A DNA stretch of 64,000 nt from Octopus sinensis (Eukaryota): contig NC_043002.1 of assembly GCF_006345805.1 (NCBI RefSeq), positions 33,232,001 to 33,296,000 on the forward strand, written 5' to 3'. The notes beneath the pieces were generated by a model, which had not been told where the DNA came from, searched no databases, and worked only from the letters and a program-made list of their open reading frames with translations. Made by a program: the position numbers and the translations under genes. Below, piece after piece: positions 40,031 through 53,454 of the stretch (its first letter is position 1; each line of letters begins with the position of its first letter).

Positions 40031-40729
40031 ATCCCGCCCCGCAATAGTAAAAGGTAAGACTCCCTAATATAAGATTCACTTATTTCTTTTTCTTAAATGT
40101 AATTTGAAATACCTAAAAATTCCTCACTTTAATATAGATTTCCCCATGAGCCACCGGCGCAGATAATTATTTAGTAGAGTTACTGGTGTACCACGGAGAT
40201 GAAAATCTTAACAGTTTGCTAACGAAATTCATTGAAGTTAACTACATATGCTTACATACAAATGTATATCCTCGTTAATCAGTCAGCCAGCTCCGAAGCA
40301 ATTATTTATGAGGCAGAAGTCACCTCAGCTAAACTACATTTAAACACTACACGTAAACACTATGGCGTTATAGTGGAAGCAAATTCAAATAAAGACACTT
40401 CGACCACATTTATTCTTTCAGCAATATAGGAAATAAGGATGCGCTAAAATTATCCATTTGTGTTTGAACTTTGATAGATCGCATTCAACATCAAGCGGAG
40501 GATGTTCAAAAGATGTAAACCACATAGAAATGATATAAAAACCAACCGGTTCTATGCAGCTAAAAAGTGCTTCATGTTCATGTTGTAGAATTAATGGAGT
40601 CATACCGGATATTCTAGTATCTTGAAACCTCACAGTAAATTTAGGAAAGACTAAAATATTAGAAAGTAGGAAAGAATACAAGTCCATGCTCGATATGTAA
40701 AAGAGAAGCATGTAGGAATTCAATACGGA

Positions 40730-41465
40730 GTACAAAGTGTAAACAATGGACGCACAAGAGATGTATAGGGATCACAAGTAGGCTAACAGAAAGGACAGAC
40801 TTCAAGTGCACCAGATGCTCAGAGAAAGCACTTAAAGGATATATGAAATATACTGTTTCAAATGCTCAAGCGGCTCTCTAGGAATAGTTAATAGTTTCTG
40901 TTACCTTGGTGATATAATTAGTTTCGGGAGTGGCTGTCCCTGAAAGTACGTTAGCCACAATAGGAACGGGATGGAAGAAGTTCAGGAATCTGTTATGTCT
41001 GCGAGCAACGAAGGGCTTCTTCTTCAGAGTGAAGGCTAGATTGTATGGCGCTTGAGCATGATGTAGTGAGGTGTGGGCCTTGAATGCAAAGGATTTGCTA
41101 TGACTATAAAGTAATTAAACGAGACATACTCCGCTGGATGAGTAATATGGGTATGCAGTAACGACAGAGTAGAAATGAGATAAGAGAAAAACTAAACATA
41201 AGAGTTATGTGCAATGTACAAGAGAGAAGACTACACTGTTATGAGTACGTGATAAGTGTGGAGGAAGTTTGCTGTATAAAGAAGAGTTAGACCTTGAAAG
41301 TGAATGGAGTGTGTAGAAGAGAGAAACCAAGGAAGTCTTTGGATGAAGTGGTGAAGAGTGATCTCAGGATGTTGCACCGTAAAGAGATGACAAAGTAGCG
41401 TGTGGATAGGCGACTCCCATTACTCGAAAACCCTGCCCACTAGTGTACGCATGGTAAAACAAACG
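40730..41465 (+). pseudogene. RTE-clade LINE 3' remnant
   Basis: WTHKRC...FKCTRC, SFCYLGDII, KFRNLL...RVKARLY, ERRL, EKPRKS.DEVVKSDL. Confidence 0.8.
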
Positions 41466-41832
41466 CTAAAATTGATAGATATGAAGACAGACATTCACAC
41501 CACGTGTACCGAAATACAATTCGGAAAGGCCGCCTCTTACACAGATATATAAGAGTGAACAACTCTATGTACTATGCTGGATACATTTGGTGTTCGTCTG
41601 GTATGTAGATTTTTGTTCATTTTTATGTGCTTTGATTATGCCTGCACTCACGATTAAAAAGTGCATTTAGTGCACTAATTATGAAATCATATGATCTGTG
41701 GCTGAATCTGTTTTTAAGGAGCTCGTTTCGAGAGTTGCATTCCCTCGCGTTCAGCACAATGTGCTTATTATGGTAGTTTGACTTTAAGAGTCCCTCGTAG
41801 AGTGAGGCATTTATGTATACTAATGCCCTTAA

Positions 41833-42794
41833 TATGAATATATATTCTTTATGTTGTATGTCTCGTTTTTCTGTGTTTTTTTTTCGTTGTTTGAAAAACA
41901 GTTCGTTTCTATGTTTTTGTTTTTATGTTTTCGTTTCTCATTGTGTTCAACTTTTTTTTATGTCCTGGACCCATATATGCATGTATATATACTTATATAT
42001 GTAGGTATGTACATATATGTATGTATATATGCATATATTTATATATTATTTATTCTATTATATAATCGAACGCCACGCATTCTTTTCCAAGTAAGTGTTA
42101 TCATAATAATTACGATGCGCACTCTTCCTCTTTACTATCTCTTCTCTGTCAATCTCTCTTCCTCGCTTGTTCTTCATCCTTTCTGGTTTTCTCTCCCACC
42201 CTTTCCTATTCTTCTCTTCTCCTCTTCACCATTCCCTCTCTCTCACTCCTTCTCCTCGATTCTCTCGTCGCTCACACGTGATGAGAGGGAAGCCATATTT
42301 CCGACTACTACCTTCACTAAGACTAAACCAGCTTATCCTGTCTCTTCATAAGCTCGTCTCCTTAAACGTTCAGAATAATTTTCCCATCGTCTTGACTTAA
42401 CAACCCTCATCGTTTGTTTTTACTGTTTTGTTCTCATTGTTCTGTCTTTTACTGTTTTTACTGTTTTGTTCTCACTGTCCTGTTCTTGTTACCACTTGCA
42501 GCCTCCGCAAAAAATCCCAAATTATATTTAATTTGCTTTGCGGGAAGGACTGTTTTAACGAAGTCGCGTCTTGTCCTTGCCCTCAAAACGTGGAGTAATT
42601 GAAACAGGGACAATTGAAGAAGGGGAATATTCTTTATGTTGTATGTCTCGTTTTTCTGTGTTTTTTTTCGTTGTTTGAAAAAAAAGTTCGTTTCTATGTT
42701 TTTGTTTTTATGTTTTCGTTTCTCATTGTGTTCAACCTTTTTTTATGTTCTGTATCCATATATGCATGTATATATATATATATATATAATATAT

Positions 42795-42826
<32 letters not shown>

Positions 42827-42843
42827 ATATATATATATATATT

Positions 42844-42886
<43 letters not shown>

Positions 42887-42922
42887 GGTATGTACATATA
42901 TGTATGTATATATGCATATATT
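41833..42922 (+). mobile_element. pLTR-type element with about 200-bp direct repeats, period about 795 bp
   Basis: 41833-42040 repeated at about 42626-42922 (with a TA expansion); homologous to 22020-22558. Confidence 0.6.
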
Positions 42923-42977
42923 TTATAATTATTTATATTATGATATATATATATATATATTATATATTATATATATA

Positions 42978-43932
42978 TACTAAGCAATAAAGGGTTTAGC
43001 AACGAATTGCCTTACCACATACCGAATTTAGAAATAGCAGTAAAAGAGTTATAGCTATTTCTTCTTTACTAAAAAGGGAGATCTCAGTAAAAACAGCAAT
43101 TGGAAGGCAGACACAAACAGGTAAGAGAGAATGAATTGCTGTTTTTACTGAGATCTCCCTTTTTAGTAGAAGAAATAGCTATAACTCTTTGACTGCTATT
43201 TCTAAATTCGGTATGTGGTAAGGCAATTCGTTGCTAAACCCTTTATTGCTTAGTATTACTTAAATTTTCCTCGAATGAGGCTTTTACATGGCTGAAGACT
43301 ACTTGGTGTAATTGATAATTATTCCAAATTAATTAATTTCACCCTTCATTATTACGGATAACCATATTTTATCTCAGTAGATGACCACAGCATCTTTTTG
43401 GCTACACGCGGGTGGGAAGGGCTGGTGACACAATCTTTTCATTCACACATTGAATTTGGTGATACTAGTTGCGGATTCTAGCTCGCTCTGATACTGAGTG
43501 AGTTGGTGCCTTCTAGTATCTCAAAATTCAATATATAATCATTTATGATTATAGTATTCTACGCTGAAGAGAAAAGAAGTTTTGGTAAGGTAGAATGATT
43601 TAATATTTAATTCTTATGCTTTCCTAAAAACTTGATTTCGAACGTGCGTCCGTAGATAACTTAAATTGTATATGATAGATTGCCGTCAATTCATTCTCTC
43701 TTACTGTTTGTGTCTGCCTTCCAATTGCTGTTTTTACTGAGATCTCCTTTTTTAGTAGAAGAAATAGCTATAACTCTTTGACTGCTATTTCTAAATTCGG
43801 TATGTGGTAAGGCAATTCGTTGCTAAACCCTTTATTGCTTAGTATTACTTAAATTTTCCTCGAATGAGGCTTTTACATGCTGAAGACTACTTGGTGTAAT
43901 TGATAATTATTCCAAATTAATTAATTTCACCC

Positions 43933-43938
<6 letters not shown>
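42978..43938 (+). mobile_element. Non-coding PLE/retrozyme-like element: 589-bp monomer, partial tandem, inverted 5' segment
   Basis: 43134-43350 repeated at 43723-43938; 42978-43138 is the reverse complement of about 43687-43846; (TA)n on both sides. Confidence 0.85.
43558..43656 (+). ncRNA. Hammerhead-like motif lacking one A of GAAA
   Basis: TCTACG-CTGAAGA-GAAA..AAGTTTT...AAAACTT..TTTC-GAA-CGTGC-GTC-CGTAGA; 6-bp stem I; ACGUGCGU is self-complementary with G-U pairs. Confidence 0.7.
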
Positions 43939-44005
<67 letters not shown>

Positions 44006-44039
44006 AGAGGCAGACAGACAGACATACAGACAGACAGAC

Positions 44040-44086
<47 letters not shown>

Positions 44087-44147
44087 GATAGATAGATAGA
44101 TAGATAGATAGAAAATCCTTGGTACTGTATTATGTATTTGAAAAAAA

Positions 44148-44292
44148 GAATAGGACTGGCTTTTCTGATAATTTTTTCACTTTGATAATTAAATGTTTAT
44201 AAATTATGTATTTAATTAGGTTCTGTAAACACATTATTTATAAACATCTAATTATTAAAGTGGAAAAATTAGCAGAAAAGTCAGTCCTATTC
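44148..44292. repeat. 145-bp imperfect foldback palindrome (MITE-like)
   Basis: GAATAGGACTGGCTTTTTCTG...CAGAAAAGTCAGTCCTATTC; about 60-bp arms. Confidence 0.8.
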
Positions 44293-44685
44293 ATTTTCAC
44301 ACGCACACACACACACACACACACACATACATACATACATGCATAAGCACGTACATACAACATACATGTTTAGCCGTATATATCATACTGTTAACTCTTC
44401 ATCTTCTGCCCCTTTAGTACACTCTCATCTCCCGAACATTCCTATCACTCACACACAACACACCGCTCTTGCTCTTGGTACTATCACTCACACCTCAGTC
44501 TTCTATCCATGTTGTTCGGTTGCAAAACTGAGGAAGGGTTGCAAAACTAACCTTATAACCGTACCATGCTTCCTGTATACGAATGGATGTCACTGGACCA
44601 ATGCAATTGTCGCATTTCCCAAACACTTGCACCACCACCAGAACCACCACCACCGCCGCTGCCGCCGCTCTTCTCATCCTAACTA

Positions 44686-44913
44686 CCGTAAATCCTCGAG
44701 TATAGTCCACCCTTGAGTATAATACGCAGCTTAAGGTATTTTCGCGCCCGACATCACAAAATGCGTCTGAATAAACATTGCTGGACAGAAAATAGAGATT
44801 CGGACATTGCTTAGAAAATATTTTTTATTTTTAACCTCGTGTATAATACGCACTAGGGATTTTGACCATTAAATTTTGAGAAAAAAATGCGGTTTATACT
44901 CGAGGATTTACGG
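44686..44913. mobile_element. pogo/Tigger-type MITE
   Basis: Perfect TIR CCGTAAATCCTCGAGTATA / TATACTCGAGGATTTACGG with TA on both sides. Confidence 0.85.
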
Positions 44914-45359
44914 TATCTTATCCCTCTCGACCACATGAGATGTTCTTAAGGATTGCATCTGATACCTATGTACCACAGCCACTTTACCATTAGCTGTGAT
45001 CTACTTTCGCGGGTCATTGGGTATCATCATTCGCTGATACCATTTATCCACCTCTGTAACCGTCCCTCACTCTCTCATCTCCTTACCACACTCATTCAAA
45101 TTACCACCGTTCCTCACCCATTCACTGTATTCATTCTGTCATCCGTGTCTTCTATTGACCTCCTCAGCCACATGGCCTGGCACGGGCTGTATATTATGGA
45201 GAGGTGAAAAGCCTCAAATCTTATATAATGCAAGGCATCTCCTCCAATGGTGGTGTAACTAAAAATCATGTCACTCAGTAAAATGGTTGGTGAACGAGTA
45301 GCGACATGAGGCTGAGAGTGATAAAAAAAACAATAGAAAAAATTTATAGCAATATCAAA

Positions 45360-45498
<139 letters not shown>

Positions 45499-45515
45499 AT
45501 AATAATAATAATAAC

Positions 45516-45558
<43 letters not shown>

Positions 45559-45668
45559 GAACTGCTCTCTCACTCAATAATAATAATAATAATAATAATT
45601 ATTATTATTATTACTACTACTATTAATAATAATTATTATTGTTGTTATGATATTAGTATTAATATTTT

Positions 45669-46134
45669 TGGCATAACTACAGATTTCTGCCCCCACCCCG
45701 ATTTGGGATGATCATAACTTTCAGAAAAATGGATATTTTTTAATGAAATTTTCTACAAATATACCTCGAACTATGTACATTCCGAGGACATAGGAACTTT
45801 TGGGGAAAAGAATTAAAGATTATTTTTGAGAACTGTTCCCCACTCGGGGTTGTTTCGGAACGAGTCGTCCATATTTCAGTTTCCCCGTTTTGTGCGTAGA
45901 TTTCTAACACACACACACACCTTTCCTTGTGAGTTAAGACGAATTGAAGTGGACTCCGGTGAATTTTCCGAAATCGCCCACCCCTCCTAAAACACTTTCT
46001 TCCCCCAAAATTTTGTATATTTGAAATCTACATGAAATAATACATATTCGTAGAAAATTTCATTAAAGAATATTTATTTTTCTGAAAGTTATGATCATCC
46101 AAAGTCAGCGGGGCAGAAACCTGCGGTTATGTCA
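45669..46134. mobile_element. MITE with about 110-bp imperfect TIRs
   Basis: GGCATAAC...GATGATCATAACTTTCAGAAAA...GAAATTTTCTAC mirrored at about 46045-46134. Confidence 0.75.
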
Positions 46135-47254
46135 TATTTCTGTTATTTTGGTCTCTCTCTCTCTCTCTCTGTATATATATGTGTGTGTATGTGTGTGTGC
46201 GCGTGTGTGTGCGTTTACGTATTCATATATGTATATATGTGTGTACATGCGTATGTATGTATGTATGTATGTATGTATGTATGTATGTATGTATGCATGT
46301 ATGTATGTATGTGTATATGTATGTATGCATGTATGCATGTATGTATGTATGTATGTATGTATGAATATTAAGAAAGCTTACAGAAATAAGAAAGCTAACA
46401 TATTTCTTCACTACCTTTAAAACATGTGGACGGAGTCTCTTAACGGACCATCTCATGGTTTGTCACCACTCCTCAGAGAAGACGCACCTAGATCTGTTCC
46501 TCTAAACGGACATAGAATATTCATTAAAAATATGAAGCTGCCAATTAGACAACCAACAAAATGGAAAACTTAATTTACCTATTTGCGCTTTTAACGTCTT
46601 GACATTGATTTAACGATATATATTTTAGGCATAACACAGTGTTAGTCAGAAGTACTGAAATAAATTTTAATATTAGCTTAGTTGTGAAATAGGAATGTAA
46701 ACACATTCCTTGCATTCTTGCCACGTGTCGATGTGTGTTTGAGATCATACAATTTCTTGGCAACACAGAAGGCAGAAGGCTATCTGGTTGACTAGAAGGA
46801 CCAGATGTTATCATAAGATGGGTGTGGATCAAGAAATACGAGCCTTTGAAAGGAACAATGCTCCCAAGAGCAGTGCTAACTGGACACACGATGGGCTTGA
46901 TCAAACTCGGCTAGGTTGCCTGGATGAGTATGTTTGATGATGAAAGACCTGAAACACTTAATAACCCCCAAGAAACACCACTGATGATGTATCCAGGTAC
47001 ATGTGATGATGCACAGAAAAGCTATACGCACGCACACACATGCATGCACGCACACACACAAACACACACACATGCATGCACTCACGCACGCACACAAACA
47101 CACACACACACATATAGTTATTCAAAATGGGGACGAACAGCATTCATCCATGTGATCGGTTTGAAAAATTAAGATATTAAGATATTTTTCTTAACATGAA
47201 ACCAATGGCAGCCTTAATTCACAAATATAAAAAATACTATCCCCTAATGCAGTG

Positions 47255-47425
47255 TTGAGCACTCAATTTCGTCGTTCAATATTTACGTACCACTCATTTT
47301 TGCCAGCTGAGTGGCTCGGAGCAACGTGAAATATAGTGTCTTGCTCAAGGATACAACGCGTCGCCGGGAATTGAACTCACGACCTTACAACCGTGAGCCG
47401 AATGCCCTAACCACTAAACCACTTC
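47255..47425 (-). mobile_element. SINE family D fragment
   Basis: B box GAGTTCAATTCC then TTGAGCAAGACAC. Confidence 0.7.
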
Positions 47426-47921
47426 ACACACACACACACGCACATATATATATATATATACTTACCTATGTATATATAAAGTGTATATGTACAAATAAAC
47501 ATACATACACACGTATGTATATATATATATATATATATATATAAACACATACATATATATATTCATGCATACATACATGCATACATACATACATACATGC
47601 ATGCATCATACATACATACATACATACATACATACATGCATGTATGCATACATACATACATACATACATGCATACATACATACATACGTACATACATGCA
47701 TGCATACATACATACATACATACATACATACATACATACATACATACATACATACATACATACATACGTACATACATGCATGCATACATACATACATACA
47801 TACATACATACATACACATACATACATACATACATACATACATACCTACGTACATACATGCATGCATACTACATACATACATACATACATACATACATAC
47901 ATACATACATACATACATACA

Positions 47922-47952
<31 letters not shown>

Positions 47953-48647
47953 CCCCAAGAGGGATGGACTGAAGAATCGATGGATGACGGATACGGACTC
48001 TTTAAAATATTTATTTCATTTTCTTATATATTCTGACCATGCAAATCACATAATTCTAAAAGAAGCGATATCGGATTTTATGACGTTCATGCCTTTCCTA
48101 TAAACGTGACGCATTATCGTAAATTGAAATAGATTAAGTCGGGGATCGAAACCGCTTTCCTTTGATAATTCTCCACCACCCCGACCACAAAACTTCGATG
48201 TAATGTAACTCCACTATGACGTCATTATATGACATTGTTCGTCGTTAGCAATGCAGTGGTATTGATTGCAGAGCGGTAGTGGTAGCAACAATACCACTCA
48301 CACTATAGTGGTATGTTGCCTGCTGTGTCAGTCGAAACCACTGTGTTGGTATCGACTGTTATTGACTTACTGGCAAACAAGAAACTCCACTTGAAATAAG
48401 AATAAAAAATAAAGGAAAATGAAATTATGGAAATGAAAATATTTGCGTGTAATTTGATGAATCGACATATTAAAAGCGTTAGTAAACTGAGACACAAGCG
48501 GAGTAAATATACTGATCTATGACGTAAAACAGGTTGAACCTTAATGTAAATTTTTATTAGATCATCATCATTATCATCAATAACAACAACAACAACAACA
48601 ACAACACCATCAACACCACTATCATCATCGTCATTATTATTATTATT

Positions 48648-48697
<50 letters not shown>

Positions 48698-48699
48698 TA

Positions 48700-48751
<52 letters not shown>

Positions 48752-48753
48752 TC

Positions 48754-48786
<33 letters not shown>

Positions 48787-48973
48787 CATCATCACATCAT
48801 CATCATCATCAATCATCATCATCATCATCATCATCATCATTATTATTATTAATTATTATTATATTATTATTATATGATTATTATGATTATTATTATTATT
48901 TTATTATGATTATTATGATTATTATTATTATTATTATTATGATATTATGATTATTATTATTATTATTATTATT

Positions 48974-49188
48974 AAGGCGGCGAGCTGGCACAATCATCAG
49001 CACGCTGGACAAAATATTTCGTGGCATTTCTTCTGATTTTCATTCTGAGCTCAAATTCCTCCGAGGGCGATTTTGCCTTTCATATAGTCGGGGTCGATGA
49101 CATAAGTACCACTTGAGCACTAGAGTTGATGTAATCGACTAGCCCCACTCCCCGCAAATTTCAGGCCTTGTTCCTATAGTAGAAAGGA

Positions 49189-49190
<2 letters not shown>
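48974..49190 (+). mobile_element. SINE family B variant with (ATT)n tail
   Basis: AAGGCGGCGAGCTGGC head; tail runs into (ATT)n. Confidence 0.8.
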
Positions 49191-49225
<35 letters not shown>

Positions 49226-49762
49226 GAGTGAGAGAGCAGCGCATGCCATCAAAGTTACACTGGGGTAAAAATATACGAAGCCCAGTATACCCATCATGAC
49301 TCCCCGTCTGATAAGGGTGCACCAGACACATGCATTACAGCCATATGTGCGCGACATGGTGATCTCATATCAAGATAAACAGCACATGACCTTGCAGATG
49401 GGACCCAGCTAGAATTTTTTTCTGGTCGAGTAACCCATCCCGCTGAAAAGGTCTCCGAATAAGGGTTGTTTAATGATGCTGAAGGAAACACCCATGTTTC
49501 CAGAGGTGAATTATTCAAACCCCAAAGAATCTCTCTCAACACATGGCTCTGCTCGTGATCAGAGATGTACATATCGTCAGCCTTTAAGGGACATGCACAA
49601 CTGGTTATGGTCAAACAACTGACAAGCAAATCTGTGGTATTGAGCAAATTATTTGCTGTAGTCCATCTCTTTTATACCAAGACAAAACAATGTACATGAT
49701 AACACTTCCAATCAGTTAAGATTAGAAGCCACGAGAGCCACTGCCTGGTACTGCATCAGGGC

Positions 49763-49763
<1 letters not shown>
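49226..49763 (-). mobile_element. About 540-bp non-coding (TAA)n-associated retroposon
   Basis: Colinear with 62698-63254; (TAA)n on both sides. Confidence 0.85.
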
Positions 49764-49823
<60 letters not shown>

Positions 49824-49839
49824 ATTATTATTATTATTA

Positions 49840-49921
<82 letters not shown>

Positions 49922-49961
49922 GTTATTGTTATTGTTATTGTTATTATTATTATCATTATTA

Positions 49962-50006
<45 letters not shown>

Positions 50007-50066
50007 TTGCTATTATTGTTGTTGTTGTTGTTGTTATTATTATTATCATCGTCGTCGTCATCGTCG

Positions 50067-50126
<60 letters not shown>

Positions 50127-50399
50127 CCATCATCACCATCATCAAGCGTGTGAGAGAACTGGCTGTACAAATACTAGGTTGGCAATAATTTTTCAGTCAT
50201 GTAAACTAGAGCAAAGTGGAATAAATTGTTTTGCTCGAGGATACAAGGCGCTTTCCATACGTGAACCCACATGCTTACAATCATGATTTCATCACACTCT
50301 ACCTACTAGGCCATGCCCCTTTGCTCGTAGTATTTTACGCGGAGAAGGCAATGAGACTTCTTATTTGATGACCATCACTCAGTGTCCTGTCTTATTGCT

Positions 50400-51330
50400 C
50401 CTGCGTATTTTGGCTGTTTTGCTTTTGCAACAAAAATAGAAGTGTTGAATGACATTCACCACGCACTGGGTCGCTGGAAGGTGGGCGTCATAATCACAGT
50501 AATAGTGTTGAGCTTTGTAGAGGTCGTCGTGTTTGGAATCACTCCGAAGGTATACAAGGCTTAACCAGGTCAACTCAATGGATTTGAAGTTCGGTAGCTG
50601 GAGAGACAAAAAGTCCATGGAAACACCCAATGTTATGAGAAACTACTGCAATGGTCCTACTGAGGTGTTTGGAGACTGATTCGGAGAAAATCCCGTGGGG
50701 ACAAAGACTGAGATGAGGTTACAAACAGGGAGGTCAGTCTTACTCGGAAATGGGTTGTAAAGAATTTATCCCCGAAAGCTAGGAAGAGATGATGAACATG
50801 TACTCCAACCTATTATTTGCTATTACTTGAATGTCGTACCCAACCCAGTTTTCATATCACTAAATAAGACCGTTTACTCGAAGGTTAGCAGGTTCATCTA
50901 CGGTCAACATCCCCTCTGCGGATGGTTTGGTTTGTCATGGTTGAAGAAACACAGGTATGTCATGGTTAATGACACACAGGTATGAGCTGAGCTTCTATAT
51001 CTTGAGTGGTTCCTAGCAGGTGTGATATTCTTTTTTTCCTTTTTGAGTAATTTCCCTATAGCTCTTTTAACTGACCCTCAATCCAGAGGCAAATAAAGAC
51101 TACGATCTGTCTCCTGACATCAGGGTCTCAGTACTTTACTAATCGGTAAACGCAATCAACACTTGATTTCCTCAATATGTTAAGGATGGACTAGAGCGAT
51201 GTTCTCGAAGAGACCATAAGGGTGGGCGAATGGGCAAATGGGCAAAGATTAACCGAACAGTCGAGGGGCAATTGATACCGTCCAGAAATTCCTGATCTGA
51301 TAATATTTCCGAGGATATCGGTAACAATAT
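50400..51330 (-). pseudogene. Possible old LINE APE-endonuclease region
   Basis: Weak RPPSSD motif and an ELTWL-like stretch; multiple stops. Confidence 0.25.
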
Positions 51331-51355
51331 CAGATTTTATCATCATCATCATCAT

Positions 51356-51578
51356 CAAGGCAGCGAGCAGGCAGAATCGTTAGCACGCCGGACGAAATGT
51401 TTGGCGGCATTTCCTCCGTCTTTATGTTCTGAGTTCAAATGCTACCGAGGTCAACTTTGCCTTTCATCCTTTCGAGGTCGATAAAATAAGTACCGGTCAA
51501 GCACTGGGGTCAATGTAATCGACTAGTCCCTCTCACAAAATTTCAGGCCTTGTGCCTATAGTAGAAAGGATTACTATT

Positions 51579-51615
<37 letters not shown>

Positions 51616-51950
51616 AGGCAGCAAGCTTGCAGAATAGTTTGCACGTGATACAAGATATTTAGCTGCATCGACTTTCATCCTTTCGAGTTCGGTAAAGCAA
51701 GTACCAAATGAGCACTGGGGTCGATGAAATCGACTAGCTTCTTTCCGCAGAACTCCAGGTCTTATTATTATTATTATTAAAGCGGCAAGCTAGCAGAATC
51801 ATTAGTACGCGAGACAAAATGATTAGCGCTATTTCGTCTGTCTTTACAGTCTGAGTTGAAAATTTTCCAAGATCCAAGGTCAAGCACTGGAGTCGATGTA
51901 ATCGAATTACCTCCTCCCCCGAAATTGCTGGCCTTGTGCCAAAATTTAAA
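51356..51950 (+). mobile_element. Three head-to-tail SINE B copies separated by (CAT)n/(TTA)n
   Basis: Heads at about 51356, 51615 and 51779. Confidence 0.8.
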
Positions 51951-52280
51951 ACCGTTATTATTATGTAGTAAACAAAGATAAACAAAAGAGATGTTTGTAA
52001 TAACTTTTATAACCATTTCATTTGATTGTATTTCACTAAAATGTTGGCACTTCATGACAGTACTTTCCTTTGAAGCTTACATATAAATAAAAAAAATAAA
52101 TGTTCCTTCTCGAGCCATGTCAGGCTCATAAGGGCCGGTTTCCCGGTTTCAGTGGCGTAGAAATTCCCCACCTGGACAATAAAAAAATAAAAAAATACTT
52201 GACGATGAAATGTAAAGTTGACCCCGGCGTGATTTGAACTAAATAATGGTGATGATGATGATGATGATGATGATGATGAC

Positions 52281-52319
<39 letters not shown>

Positions 52320-52320
<1 letters not shown>

Positions 52321-52545
52321 GTGATCCTTTCTTCTATAGGCATAAGGCCTGAAATTTGGGCAGGAGGGGGCAAATCTATTACGTTGACCCCAGTGCTCAA
52401 GTGGTACTTACGTTATCGAAAGGATGACAGACAAAGTTGACCTCTGCGGCTTTTCAATTCAAAACATACAAAAAAGAAGCTGGATAAAATGCTGTCAAGC
52501 ATTTTGTCCGGCGCTGTGGTGATTCTGCCAGCTCGACACCTTTTT
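52320..52545 (-). mobile_element. SINE family B, degenerate, with (CAT)n tail
   Basis: Core GGGGTCAACGTAATAG and head remnants. Confidence 0.65.
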
Positions 52546-53409
52546 AATGATCATAATAATGATAATGATAATTAATATTGAGAATTGATACAAAAATAAG
52601 CTTTCGTTGTGTTTAGCATCTGGATGCTAGTCAGAACTGGTTATTCCTGAAAAAGTAGAAGAGAGGGAGACTGCTTATCAAGAACAAGGAAATCATACTG
52701 ATACCATAGTTGGCACAAAGCAAATAAAGAATGGAAGCAGTTATTTGTATGTGCCTCTGAAGAATAATTTAACATAAGGTTAAAAATATACATGCACGCG
52801 CGTGTGCGTATATATATATATATGTATGTATTAGTTTGTTTTAGCATATATATATATATATTTGTGTGTGTTCGTATAATCGTATATGTATGTGTAGTGG
52901 CTTTGTGTAAAATATATATATAGAATATAAATAATATTCAGATATACGCGTAATCTTTTCAGCAAGTTCTACTCAAATCGTGACTCTTAATGGTAGCCAT
53001 TTTCCTATCATATATTTCTCTATAACAGAAAATCGTCCTTATTTAACTGTTTATGAAGAATATGCAGCCAAGTCATTATACTTTAGAAAATGAACATCAA
53101 AGAATCAGAACTGAGAACGTTTGAAATTCAGAATTCTTTGAATTCGTAACATTTGATACATCAATAAACTAGATTACGTATACAGGGAATTGTTGTAATA
53201 ATTATGTCACATGGACAAAAAGTTGGCATGGAACAGAGCTAACGCAATAAATGGTCAAAGCAAATAGATTTCTGTGGTCGGTAACAAATGTGTTTTTTTT
53301 TCTTGAAGCTGAAAGCAGTTTTAGATTAATTATGAGGTACAGCTTATAAATATGACGTCAAATATTATTTAACACGTTAGTTGTTGTCACTAAAGACCAT
53401 GAGCAAATG

Positions 53410-53454
<45 letters not shown>

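Noticed and set aside
41715-41765. Minus-strand CTGAAC...GAGGG/CTCTC-GAAAC candidate
   Set aside because: Core deviates and stems I and III do not pair.
44950-45200. Possible RTE remnant (GHVA motif, minus)
   Set aside because: Single short motif; surrounding frames do not support it.
47975-48005. CTGAAGA-ATC...GAT hammerhead candidate
   Set aside because: No GAAA or stem I partner.
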